Part shown: in pieces, positions 37,334 through 47,784 of the stretch
How the letters are laid out: every line of letters begins with the position of its first letter
Numbering within the stretch: the first letter of the stretch is position 1
DNA from: Malacoraja senta
Lineage: Eukaryota
DNA length: 64,000 bases
Reading direction: 5' to 3'
Assembly (NCBI GenBank): GCA_038087875.1
Contig: JAXLNO010001765.1
Span: forward strand, 124,001-188,000
Translations under genes and position numbers: made by a program
The notes under the pieces: model-generated
What the model saw: only the letters and a program-made list of their open reading frames with translations
Told to the model about the DNA's origin: nothing
Databases searched by the model: none

Positions 37334-37531
37334 GAAGCTGATTGTGCTTCATGGTCACTGCAGTCGTCTCCTGGTCTCTGCTGTTGTCAGCTGGTCCCTG
37401 TTCATTGAAAGGTTTTATCTTTTTCCTCTTCTTCCAGCAACCAATTCCAAGGATGATCCCCAGGAGAATGAGAGGAACAATTACAGCTCCAGTCACGATC
37501 CTAATCTTTATATCTTCTTTCGCTGTCCTCT
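37302..37531 (-). CDS. Transmembrane/cytoplasmic exon of an MHC class I-like type I membrane protein
   Basis: Acceptor TATATGCCAACAG, phase 1. Translates (E)RTAKEDIKIRIVTGAVIVPLILLGIILGIGCWKKRKKIKPFNEQ...LGCRGGLPE*: hydrophobic helix followed by a basic stop-transfer; in frame with the alpha3 exon. Confidence 0.8.
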
Positions 37532-38494
37532 CTGTTGGCATATATAGTGCATTTAAAACATTTATTGATCAATAACAACTTTGTAATGATTTTATTATCT
37601 AAATTAAACTAGCACTGTTCATATCTAATTAAAAAGTAGTAAAGTTCTAGATATATGTATTTATACAGAGGATGGATGTGCTTAAAATGATCAATGAAAA
37701 ATCATTCTCATATTAGTATTATGGTATTGAGATTTTATCTGCAGCATTTAATTAAGAATTTAAAGAATCAAGTACGTCAGAAATAGATGACTATTTGCAG
37801 TGTAGAGGTCAACAAGGCCATTTTCTTATGTTGATGATTGTTATTATAGCAAATAAGTGAACCCATTTATAGTTGATAAAACTTCAAAGGTTTTAAACTT
37901 TGCTGATATTTCAATGATAACTGAGTTTAATTTTCTCTCTCGCTCTCTCGCAACAGGTGCTGCTACTTCAGACTGATAATGGGGTCGGTTATGGCACCAC
38001 TATTGGTCTTTTGTGTAACTAACTACTATCAGAAAATTAGCTAGATGCCCAAGGAAGAAGATAAGAGACCTTGGCCAGGATCAGCTTCCACTGTTCCTAC
38101 ATTTGGATGAGTCAAGGGTGACATAAGAATAATTTTGACCATAAGATATTGGAGCGGAATTATGCCTTTCAAGTCCATTGAGTCTACTCCACCATTCAGT
38201 CATGGCAGATCGATTTTTACTGCTAAATCCCATTCTCCTGCCTTCTCCCTGTAACCTTTGTCACCCGTACTAATCAAGAACCTATCAATCTCTGCTTGAA
38301 AAATATGCAATGACTTGACCCACACAGCTGTCTGTATCAATGAATTCCACAGATTCACCACCCTGTGACTAAAGAGATTCCTCCTCATCTCCATAATGAA
38401 GGTAGGTATTTTTATTGTGAGGCTGTGCTAGACTCTCCCATTAGTGAAAACTTCCTTTCCCATCAACTAACCAGGCATTTCATTATCTGGTAGG

Positions 38495-39010
38495 CAGGGC
38501 CGGATTTACGTATAAACTGGACAAGCTTAAGCTTAGGGCCTCGAGATCTAGGAGGGCCTCGCAGAGCCGGATTTACCACTAGGCTTCATAGGCTGAAGCC
38601 TCGGGCTCCTGAAATGTAGGGGGGCCTCCGGCCAAGGCAGGACACCAGCCGTTCAACTCTGGGCGGGGCGGCCCCCCTCTCTATCTCTCTATCTCTATCT
38701 CTGTCTGTCTGTCACTCTCCGTGTCCGGGTCTCCGTGTCCGTTCAACTCTGGGCGGCCCCCCTCTCTCTCTGTCACTCTCCATGTCCGGGTCTCCGTTCT
38801 CCGCTCGCTCCTCATTAGGCCGGCACGGCCGGCCGCCTTGCACATGCGCACTGCTACGGCCAGCACGTCCTCCCCTGCACATGCGCACATCGTCGGCCGC
38901 CCTGCGCATGCGCACTTCCACGGCAACTGGTCGGCGCTGGGCACTTTCTCCCTCGCTTTGAATTGTGGGAGATTTGGCCGCGATTGCTGCCTCGCCGCAA
39001 CCGCTGAAAA
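38495..39010. mobile_element. hAT-like non-autonomous element (one end visible)
   Basis: Starts CAGGGCCGGATTTAC, with a second CAGAGCCGGATTTAC about 70 bp inside; internal direct repeats GTTCAACTCTGGGCGG. Confidence 0.5.
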
Positions 39011-40399
39011 CTAACACAGAATCACTCCCTGACCCTGGATCAGGAGTATCTCCCTGGAGTAATTCTCGCTTCTGGTTTCCTGATCCTCCATAAATATTCT
39101 AAAAGGAATTTAAACTGGAGGTGGTAGAGGGCTGAACAATAACAGCCTATTGCATTTTATCTGTTTATTTATTGTGTATATATATGGTCTATGGTTTATA
39201 AACACACTGAACTTTTATGTCCTGTTCTGTATTATGTTCACATATTCTGTTGTGCTGCAGCAAGCAAGAATTTCATTGTCGTATCTGGGACACATGACAA
39301 TAAAACTCTCTTGATTCTTGACTTGGACTTAAGCAAAAAAGGGTTCTTGGGGAAAAAAGAGGTACCTTAAATTTAGTTGCGTCTGGTTGGGTAACTATGG
39401 TAGGGTGAAGAATATTCCATGCTTTAATTGTGCGGGGGAACTCCATGGAGCAGCCAGCAACTTAGGATAGAAGAAATTGGGTGACGTTTCGGGTAGATAC
39501 CCTTCTTTAGACTCCCTCTGGTTTTAGTGTCTTTAGTTTAATTTAAAGATACAGCGTGGAAACAGGCCCTTCAGCCCTCCGAGTCCACGCCGACCATTGA
39601 TCACCCGTACACTAGTTCTTTCCCACACATTAGCAAAGTAAGTCAAGAGTCAAGAGTGTTTTATTCTCTCACGTCCCAGTGAGAACAATGAAATCCTTAC
39701 TTGCAGCAGCACAACAGAATATGTAAACATAGTACTCTATATGAATATATAACTATATAGATATGTATGTGTGTGTGTATAATATATATACCCACACACA
39801 CACACACACAATTTCCCTCCTGGGATTCATAAACTTTTTCACACAGAGAGTGGTGAATCTCTGGAACTCTCTGCCACAGAGGGTAGTTGAGGCCAGTTCA
39901 TTGGCTATATTTAAGAGGGAGTTAGATGTGGTCCTTGTGGCTAAAGGGATCAGGGGGTATGGAGAGAAGGCAGGTACGGGATACTGAGTTGGATGATCAG
40001 CCATGATCATATTGAATGGCGGTGCAGGCTCGAAGGGCCGAATGGCCTACTCCTGCACCTATTTTCTATGTATCTATGTATCTATAAAGTTCTATCGTAT
40101 AGTATCGTGTATGTAAGAAGGAACTGCAGATGCTGGTTTAAACTGAAGATAGACACAAAAAGCAGGATTAACTCAACAGGTCAGACAGAATCTCTGGACA
40201 AAAGGAAAATATTACGTTTTGGGTTGGGTCTGAAATAGGTTCCTGCACACCTTTGGAATGTGGAAGGAAACAAGAGCACACGAAGAAAACCCATGCGATC
40301 AAAGGGAAAAGGAGCAAACTCAAAACAGACAGCAACCATATTCAGGATCAATTCCAGGTCTCTGGCACTTTTAGGCAGCAACTTTATGGCCAATGTACA

Positions 40400-41035
40400 G
40401 CCCCATTGTCTTGACCTTAATTAAAACGACAAGTGTAGCATTTCCTGCAGTTGCAAGGGAAAGTGCCAGGAGAGGGGGTGGTTTGGGTGGGAAGGGACGA
40501 ATTGACCAGGGAGTTACGGAGGGAACGGTCTCTACGGAAAGCCAACAGGGGAGGAGATGGGAAGATGTGGGCAGTGGTGGGATCCCATTGGTAGCCAAAA
40601 AAACTGTAGAAAATCAGCGGGTGAGGCAGCATCTGTGGAGCAAAGGAATAGACGACGTTTCGGGTCGAGACCCTTCTTCAGATTGATGTCGGGGGGGGGG
40701 GGTGAGATGAAAAAGAAAGGAAGAGGCGGAGACAGTAGGCTGTGGGAGAGCTGGGAATGGGAGGGGAAGGAGGGAGAAAGCAAGGACTACCTGAAATTAG
40801 AGAAGCCAATGTGCATACCGCTGGGGTGTAAACTAACCAAGCAAATATGAGGTGCTGCCCCTCCAATATGCGGTGGGCCTCACTCTGGCCATGGAGGAGG
40901 CCCAGGACAGAAAGGTCGGATTCGGAATAGGAGGGGGAGTTGAAGTGTTGAGCCACCGGGAGATCAGGTTGGTTATTGCGAACTGAGTGGAGGTGTTGTG
41001 CAAAGCAATCGCCAAGCCTGTGCTTGGTCTCACCA
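40400..41035 (-). mobile_element. Degenerate Penelope 3' region (EN and pLTR)
   Basis: GETKHRLGDCFAQH...VAQHFNSPS...LSVLGLLH; intact hammerhead core at 40654-40681. Confidence 0.85.
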
Positions 41036-42144
41036 AGGTTGATCATACGCTGAATAATCCAACCACATTTTTGTTTGGAAGTGGAAAGAAATAATAGAAA
41101 TTGCATTCATTGCAACGTGTAAAAAGAGTTAAGATACAGTATTATAATTTTGCTGCATGTCATTGTGGTATATATCATGTCCTGATTGGTGAATATGTTT
41201 AGTTTGTGGCTTTATTTGAAGCAGAAATAATATGTGAATGCTTCATTGAGCATAATTCCGACTGGTAACTACGCACTTCGTCCGAGCACATTATCGCACG
41301 CGCCATGCAAGCCGTCTTAAATAACCACCTAAACTGTCATTTGGCAACTTAAAAAGCTGCCACGGTTGCCCGGCTGACAACAGAGAAAAAAATTAAGTGA
41401 GAGCCCTGCAAGGTGTATAATATTTTTGACACTGTCATAGGCCTTTCTTACATATGCTGTCACAACGCACTGTAGTCTCTAAACAACCCTTCAGTAATTG
41501 TCCTTGCCCTCCATTTCAGAATAATAGTGTTTTAAGCCAATAACTCGACACCAGCACAGGCAATAAATAAATAAATAAATAAATAAAGCCCAGCTTTCCA
41601 GCCCCTTATCTCATTGGCCACGCTCGACTGCAAATCGGTGTCAATCTGGTGGACCATCTTCCTCTGGTCGTGGGGGTGGGGGATTGGGTGGGGGGGGTTT
41701 CAATGAGATTCCCACCTCATCCTTCTAAATCCCATGAGCACAGGCACGGAGACTTCAAACACTCCTCATACGTTAAATCAATCATCCCCAGGACATACAT
41801 CCTCTGGACCCTCTCCAAAGCCAGCACATCCTTTCTAATATGGAGCCCAAAACTGCTCACAATATTCCAAATGTGTCCTCACCAGTGCCCGATAAATCCG
41901 CAGCATTATATCATTGTTTTTATATTCTAGGCCCCCCGAAATGAATGCTGGCATTGCATTTGCCTTACTTACCACTGACTCAATCTGCAAATGAACTATT
42001 TGGGAATCCTGCACTAGTACTCCCACTTTGTAGCTCAGATTTCTGAATTCTCTCCCCATTTAGTAAATAGTCTATGTCTTTATTCCGACTGCCAAAATGT
42101 AAAACCAGACACTTGCTACACTGTATTCCATTTGGCTCTGCTTT

Positions 42145-42795
42145 GCCCACTCGGTGGAACTGCTGTCTTACAGCGCCAGAGACCCGGTTCAATTCTGACT
42201 ACGGGTCCCGTCTGTACAGAGTTTTGTACCTTCTCCCCGGGACTTGCGTGGGTTTTGCCTGGATCTCCGGTTTCTTCCCTCAGTCCAAAGACATACAGGT
42301 TTGTAGGTTAATTGGCTTGGTATAATTGTAAATTGTCCCCTAATAAGTAAGATAATGTAAGTGTGCAGGGATCGCTGGTTGACGCAGACTCGGTAGGCTG
42401 AAGGGCCTGTTTCTGCGCTGTATCTCTTAAACTAAAACCACATTCCATTGACTATCAATAATTCTGGGCAATTAGATAACCACAAATTAATAATGGGTGG
42501 CACAGTGGCGTAGCGGTAGAGCTGCTGCCTTACTGCACCAGAGACCTGGGTTTGATCCTGACTACAGGTGCTGTCTGCAAGGACATTGTATGTTCTCCCT
42601 GTGACTGCGTGGGTTTTCTCCGGGTGCTTCGGTTTCCTCCCACACTACAAAGACATACAGGCTTGTAGGTTACTTGGCTTAGGTAAAATTGTAAATTGTC
42701 CCCAGTGTGTTGGTTAGGGTAAATGTACGGGATGATCACTGTTCAGCGAGGACTCAGTGAGCTGAGGGGCCTGTATCTGCACCATATCTCTAAAG
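42145..42795 (+). mobile_element. Two adjacent V-SINE copies (about 42145-42437 and 42495-42795)
   Basis: Both show the V-SINE core and tail. Confidence 0.8.
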
Positions 42796-42900
42796 TTTAA
42801 AGTCTAAATGCACAGCTTAGTTAAGAGTGTGTTGAGGATGTTATCTCAGTCCAGGAGGTTTATTGTCTCAAGTGATCAGACTCATTGACTTGCCACTTAC

Positions 42901-43100
42901 CCTGTGGAACATTGACTCCCTGCAGCAGAGTTGCATGTTCGATGTAACAGGAGAATTTTGCCACATCTTCTCTACTCAGTTGAATTGTATTCTTCAGCTG
43001 GTAAGTCCCATCCCAATTGGGCAACAGATCACTGGATTCAGACTCGTGGACCCCCTCACCATCTCTCAGCCACGTTACATCGATGGCCCGTGGGTAGAAG
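42901..43100 (-). pseudogene. MHC class I-like alpha3 (Ig C1) exon, 5' part missing
   Basis: Open frame FYPRAIDVTWLRDGEGVHESESSDLLPNWDGTYQLKNTIQLSREDVAKFSCYIEHATLLQGVNVPQ with the C1-set FYP, W, PNxDGTYQ and CxxxH motifs; phase-1 donor G|GTAAGT. The first Cys strand is replaced by a hAT-like end at 43101. Confidence 0.88.
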
Positions 43101-43920
43101 CAGGGCCGGCCTTAGGAGGTGCGGGGCCCAATTGGGAAAAAATTTCGTAGAAATATAAATAAATAATTATAAATGAGTCAGTGAGTAACATGACAATTCG
43201 GGGGAGAGTTCCTTTCACAGCGTGTGGGGTCTAGCCAGGGGTAAAGTTGCGAGGAGGGAAGGAGCGTTGAGAAGGAGTGGGTCGGGTTCATGCCAGTAAC
43301 ACTCACCGCTGCCGCGGCGCTCCGGGCGCGGAGCCAGCACATTGTGGCCGGGGAGGGAAGCAGCTCGCGTGGCTACGAGCGGCCTCCATCACCGGACAGC
43401 GGAACTGACTGCCATCTCAGCACCTTCTGCCGGCCCGCTCACCTCTGGCAGTGCTCTCCGTCTGAACAGTGAGGGGACCAGCTCAAGAGCAAAGATCATA
43501 GAGCGGAGTGGGTCAGCGGGTGATGGATAACACCACAGCGGGCGGTGGAGCTTACTCCTGTGTCAGCGCGAACAAGGGATCAATTGAGGTTACTCGCCCT
43601 GACATATGGAGTAAGCTCCACCGCCCGCTGTCCTGTTATCCATCGCCCGCTGACCCGCTCTTGAGTTGGATGATCCCCGGCCGACCCCCACCTTCTCAAA
43701 CCTCTTGCCCTCCCCGCAACTTTACCCCTGGTCAGACTACCCACACGCTGTGAAATGAACTCTCTCCCCCCCCCCAGCAGCGCTGTCCTTTTACAGCCGC
43801 TTCCCACTTTACAGACGCTTCCCATCAGCTGCTAGCAATGAGGGATAGACTTGGCTATCCCTCAGTACAACAACATCGTTCTTGATGTTGCTGTACTGAG
43901 GGATAACGAAGTCTATCTTT
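43101..43920. mobile_element. hAT-like element end with internal fold-back palindrome
   Basis: Starts CAGGGCCGGCCTTAG. Inverted arms at 43201-43286/43681-43770 and 43510-43557/43609-43666. No matching right end or TSD found. Confidence 0.6.
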
Positions 43921-44629
43921 CTTGGCTAATAACCTAACCTTCGGCCTCCAAGATGCTGGTACATTTTCTAGCAATGTTACAAAATTTTGAGATTTTAAAA
44001 ATCAAGTCTGCAATTTTTTCTAACTCTGAAATTGGAGATAGACAAAAGCTGGAGTAGCTCAGCAGGACAGGCAGCGCCGCGACTCTGGAGAAAAGACCTT
44101 TCTTCAGACTGAATTGAACTCTTGTCAGTGAGAGTACTTGTGATTGTCTAAAGAAGGATCTCAACCAGAACCGCAACCCTCTCCCCAGAGCCCCTGCCCG
44201 TCCCGCTGAGCCACCGCAGACAGGGAGTTGAAGGTAGACACAGGGGGGTCCACCTTCAACTTGAGAGCCAAACAAAAAACACAGAGTGCTGGAGGAACTC
44301 AGCGGGCAAGGCAGCACCTGCGGAGGGAACATATCACTTATCAGGAGCCGCCATGGGCCAGGACTCTCCGACCCCCCCCTCCCCCCCAACAGAAAGGAAC
44401 CGCAGATGCAGCCATCACCGCACAATGTCTAAGAAGGAACTGTAGATGCTGGAAATTCGAAGATAGACAAAAATGCTGGAGAAACTCAGCGGATGTGAAG
44501 CCCTGTCCCACTGTGCGAGTTCACCCAAGAGCTCTCCCGAGTTTAAAAAAAAATCAAAACTCGTGGTAAACACGTAGAATGAACGTAGCGGATACGTCGG
44601 AGCTCGGGACGTTTCAATAGACAATAAAC

Positions 44630-45250
44630 AATAGGTTCAGGAGCAGGCCATTTGGCCCTTCGAGCCAGTGAACATGGCTGATCATCCACAATCAATACCC
44701 CATTCCTGCCTTCTCCCCATATCCCCTGACTCAGCTATCTTTAAGAGCCCTATCTAGCTCTCTCTTGAAAGCATCCAGAGAACCGGCCTCCACCGCCCTC
44801 TGAGGCAGAGAATTCCACACTCACCATTCTCTGTGAGAAAAAGTGTTTCCTCGTCCCCATTCTAAATGGCTTACTCCTTATTCTTAAACTGTGGCCCCTG
44901 GTTCTGGACTCCCCCAACATCGGGAACATGTTTCCTGCCTCTAGCGTGTCCAAGCCCTTAACAAATCTTATATGTTTCAATGAGATGCCCTCTCATCCTT
45001 CTAAACTCGAGAGTCTACAAGCCCAGCTGCTCCATTCTCTCAGCATATGACAGTCCCACCATCCCGGGAATTAATCTTGTAAACCTACGCTGCACTCCCT
45101 CAATAGCAAGAATGTCCTTCCTCAAATTAGGGGACCAAAACTGCACACAATACTCCAGGTGCGGTCTCACTAGAACTCTGTACAACTGCAGAAGGATCTC
45201 TTTGCTCCTATATTCGATTCCTCCTGTTATAAAGGCCAACATACCATTTC
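44630..45250 (-). mobile_element. CR1 3' fragment between pieces of a Harbinger-like MITE
   Basis: LQLYRVLVRPHLEYCVQFWSP; MITE fragments at about 44500-44610 and 45250-45410. Confidence 0.8.
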
Positions 45251-45957
45251 TTAGCGCTAACGGCAGGTACTCGGGAAACGTGGTAACTCGTGAAGATTTT
45301 TCAACATGTTGAAAAATGTCCACATGTAAAATATACTCAGGATGTAAAAAATGTATACTTTTAACACGTAGTCATACCGTAGTAGCTCGTGAGTTTACCG
45401 TAGTAGAACCTGGTGTCCTATATCACTATTGTATGTTCATGATGGAAATAAGAATAATCTGTATATACATTACCTTTGAATTGTAGTTTTATGTAATCCT
45501 CCCATAATTTCTGAGTTCCATTTCACAATATCTATCAGACATACAGAATGTTGCAAGGTAATATCTTGCCCAAACTCAGTTGTATCTTTCTATCTCAATA
45601 AATATCACAAAATATGCCATTGCTTCAGCCACATTATGACAAAATATAGAATGTAGGTTATTTGTTATCAGTCACCCCATCCCAGAAACAACAGTACTTA
45701 AAGAACCTTTGTTTTACTAATTTACGAGCATGTACCATAGGTTGATCCATATCCAACAAAATGTTGTGATAATAGCATAAAATGTATTATTGTCTAAGAA
45801 ATTTGGCGTGGAATGATAATCCATCTCCGTACTCATTTAGGCAAGTCCCAAGTTATAGATACTTTTCCCCCACCCCCAATCCCCCTCGCCCGATCTTCAT
45901 TGAACCTACCATTTGACTAATCTTTTACTCAGCTGCTGTAACGTTTCTCCTCCTATC

Positions 45958-46615
45958 AAAATCTCTGTGTAGCATCTCTGTCCCTATCTTCCAATTCCCA
46001 CTTTGAAATAAAATACAGCTTTCGACAACAATTTCGCAGCAGGATCGCTATATAGATTCAAATATATGGTAGTTTATCCGAGCATTCCCCCCCCCCCCCC
46101 CCCCCCACTTACCACCACACAAGAAGCGTAACTTGAAGCGTTTACGGATCAGGAATGAAAATTAATAGCTATGAATCGATTAACAGCGAGCTGCGAGGTT
46201 AGATTGAAACACCTGTCAGAGCGATAAGAAACAATCCTGAGTTGACGGCGTATTGTTTTAAGTGAGCATTTTGCAGCGACCTTGCCATATTCTGGTTAAA
46301 TATTCTTTCCACGGAAATCTCCTATTTCACTTTGAAATTATATTCATTTATAACTGTTTGTAACATCAGTAACCACCTTAATGTTCGTGCGTTTAGTACC
46401 GGGTATGCTTGAAACTATTTATTGTAATGTACTGTATCTTTAAAAAAAAACTATATCAACTAGGTGTGTGTGAAAATTACACTGAATCGAACGATGATTG
46501 AAAATGCGTGGGAATTGACTAATCGCGATCCTGCTGCAAATTGTTTAAGTCGAAAACTGTATTTGATTTCAAAGTGGGAATTTGAAGATGGGACAGAGAT
46601 GCTACCAGAGATTTT
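45958..46615. mobile_element. MITE-like element with ~90-bp terminal inverted repeats
   Basis: 45958-46050 (AAAATCTCTG...GCAGGATCGC) is the imperfect reverse complement of 46525-46615. Confidence 0.7.
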
Positions 46616-47784
46616 AAGCTCTTGGGTGAACTCACACAGTGGGACAGGGCTGAGGCAGCATCCATGGAGTGAAGGAAATAGCCGGGTCTGAAGAAGGGTT
46701 TTGACCCGAAACGTTGCATATTTCCTTCGCTCCATAGATGCTGCCTCACCCGCTAAGTTTCTCCAGCATTTTTGTATACCGCAAACGTCAATGATTCCGG
46801 GAATGCCGAGAGAGCTAGAGTGGTGGGGAACGGGAGAGAGAGCGCACGGGAGAGAGTGCACGGGGGAGAGATAGCGCGCGAGAGAGAGAGGGAGAGCGAA
46901 AGACAGAGTCACAACGTGGGTCGGTAGGTATATTACTTTTCATGATAATGGGAGACTGATTATTGAAGAAGTGTTTCTTTGTAGAACGTGTTTTATTGCG
47001 CTCTTCATAAATGGGGATTAACTTTATGCCAAAATGGAAAGCTAAGAATCTTTATTTGGGGAAGAGGCCCCTGCAAATGCCCATCCATGTGAAATCCTTT
47101 GGTCTGGACCAGGATTTAACCTGTTCACTGCAAATAATTGTTTTCTTTTTTCACTTGTATACTCTGACCCGAGTATAATCTGGGGTGGCACTGAATGGGT
47201 TACTTCTATCCAGTGAGGATAGGAGTTGTGGTATTTAACATCATTTGGTTTGAAGGTGATCCTTTTCATGCACCCAGTGGTCTGGTAGAATAATGTACAC
47301 TTGTTGCATTATCAGTCAGAATGTCAGGCTGCTGACCCAGAAGCATGTTCAAATCTCTCTGTTGGAGCTGGGGAATTGAAATATGAATCATTAGAATAAA
47401 TCAAAAATGTTTGATTAAAAGAAATGTTTGTCTTGGTGGCTCAGTGGCTGGAAAACAACTGAATTGATGCAAAATGGGGGAATCTGCAGTCCATACCTGA
47501 TCCACTCTCAATGAGTCTCCAAACTCACCCATGTGGTTTACTCTAGACTCTGAGGGCGTCTAAGTACCACGTCACCAAAGCAAATAACTAAATTGAAAAT
47601 AGCTCAATGCAATCCCGAAACCAGAAAGGGGCCCACAGAAGGTACAGGCGTTTCCTCACCAGTTTGCTGCTTGCCCTTCTCTCTCCTCATCGATCATCTC
47701 TCATCTCCTCAACACATGCCTTTGCTGAATCTTTCTATTGGCACTTTGACAGAGGTGGATACAGAGGCAACACCAGTACTCAAC

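Noticed and set aside
37342-37575. Plus-strand ORF with a hydrophobic stretch and a strong-looking acceptor
   Set aside because: It is the antisense shadow of the TM exon; the minus frame has canonical TM plus KKRKK and joins alpha3 in phase.
43490-43508. Third P-like end CAAAGATCATAGAGCGG
   Set aside because: No partner end and no TSD; it sits as an unexplained 14-19 nt insertion in one palindrome arm and is too ambiguous to call.
46112-46300. GTAAGT donor as a possible leader exon of the MHC-like gene
   Set aside because: No ATG-initiated signal peptide in frame, and it lies inside a MITE-like element.
47042-47269. 75-aa minus-strand ORF in unique sequence upstream of alpha3
   Set aside because: No MHC or other recognisable motif and no convincing donor.
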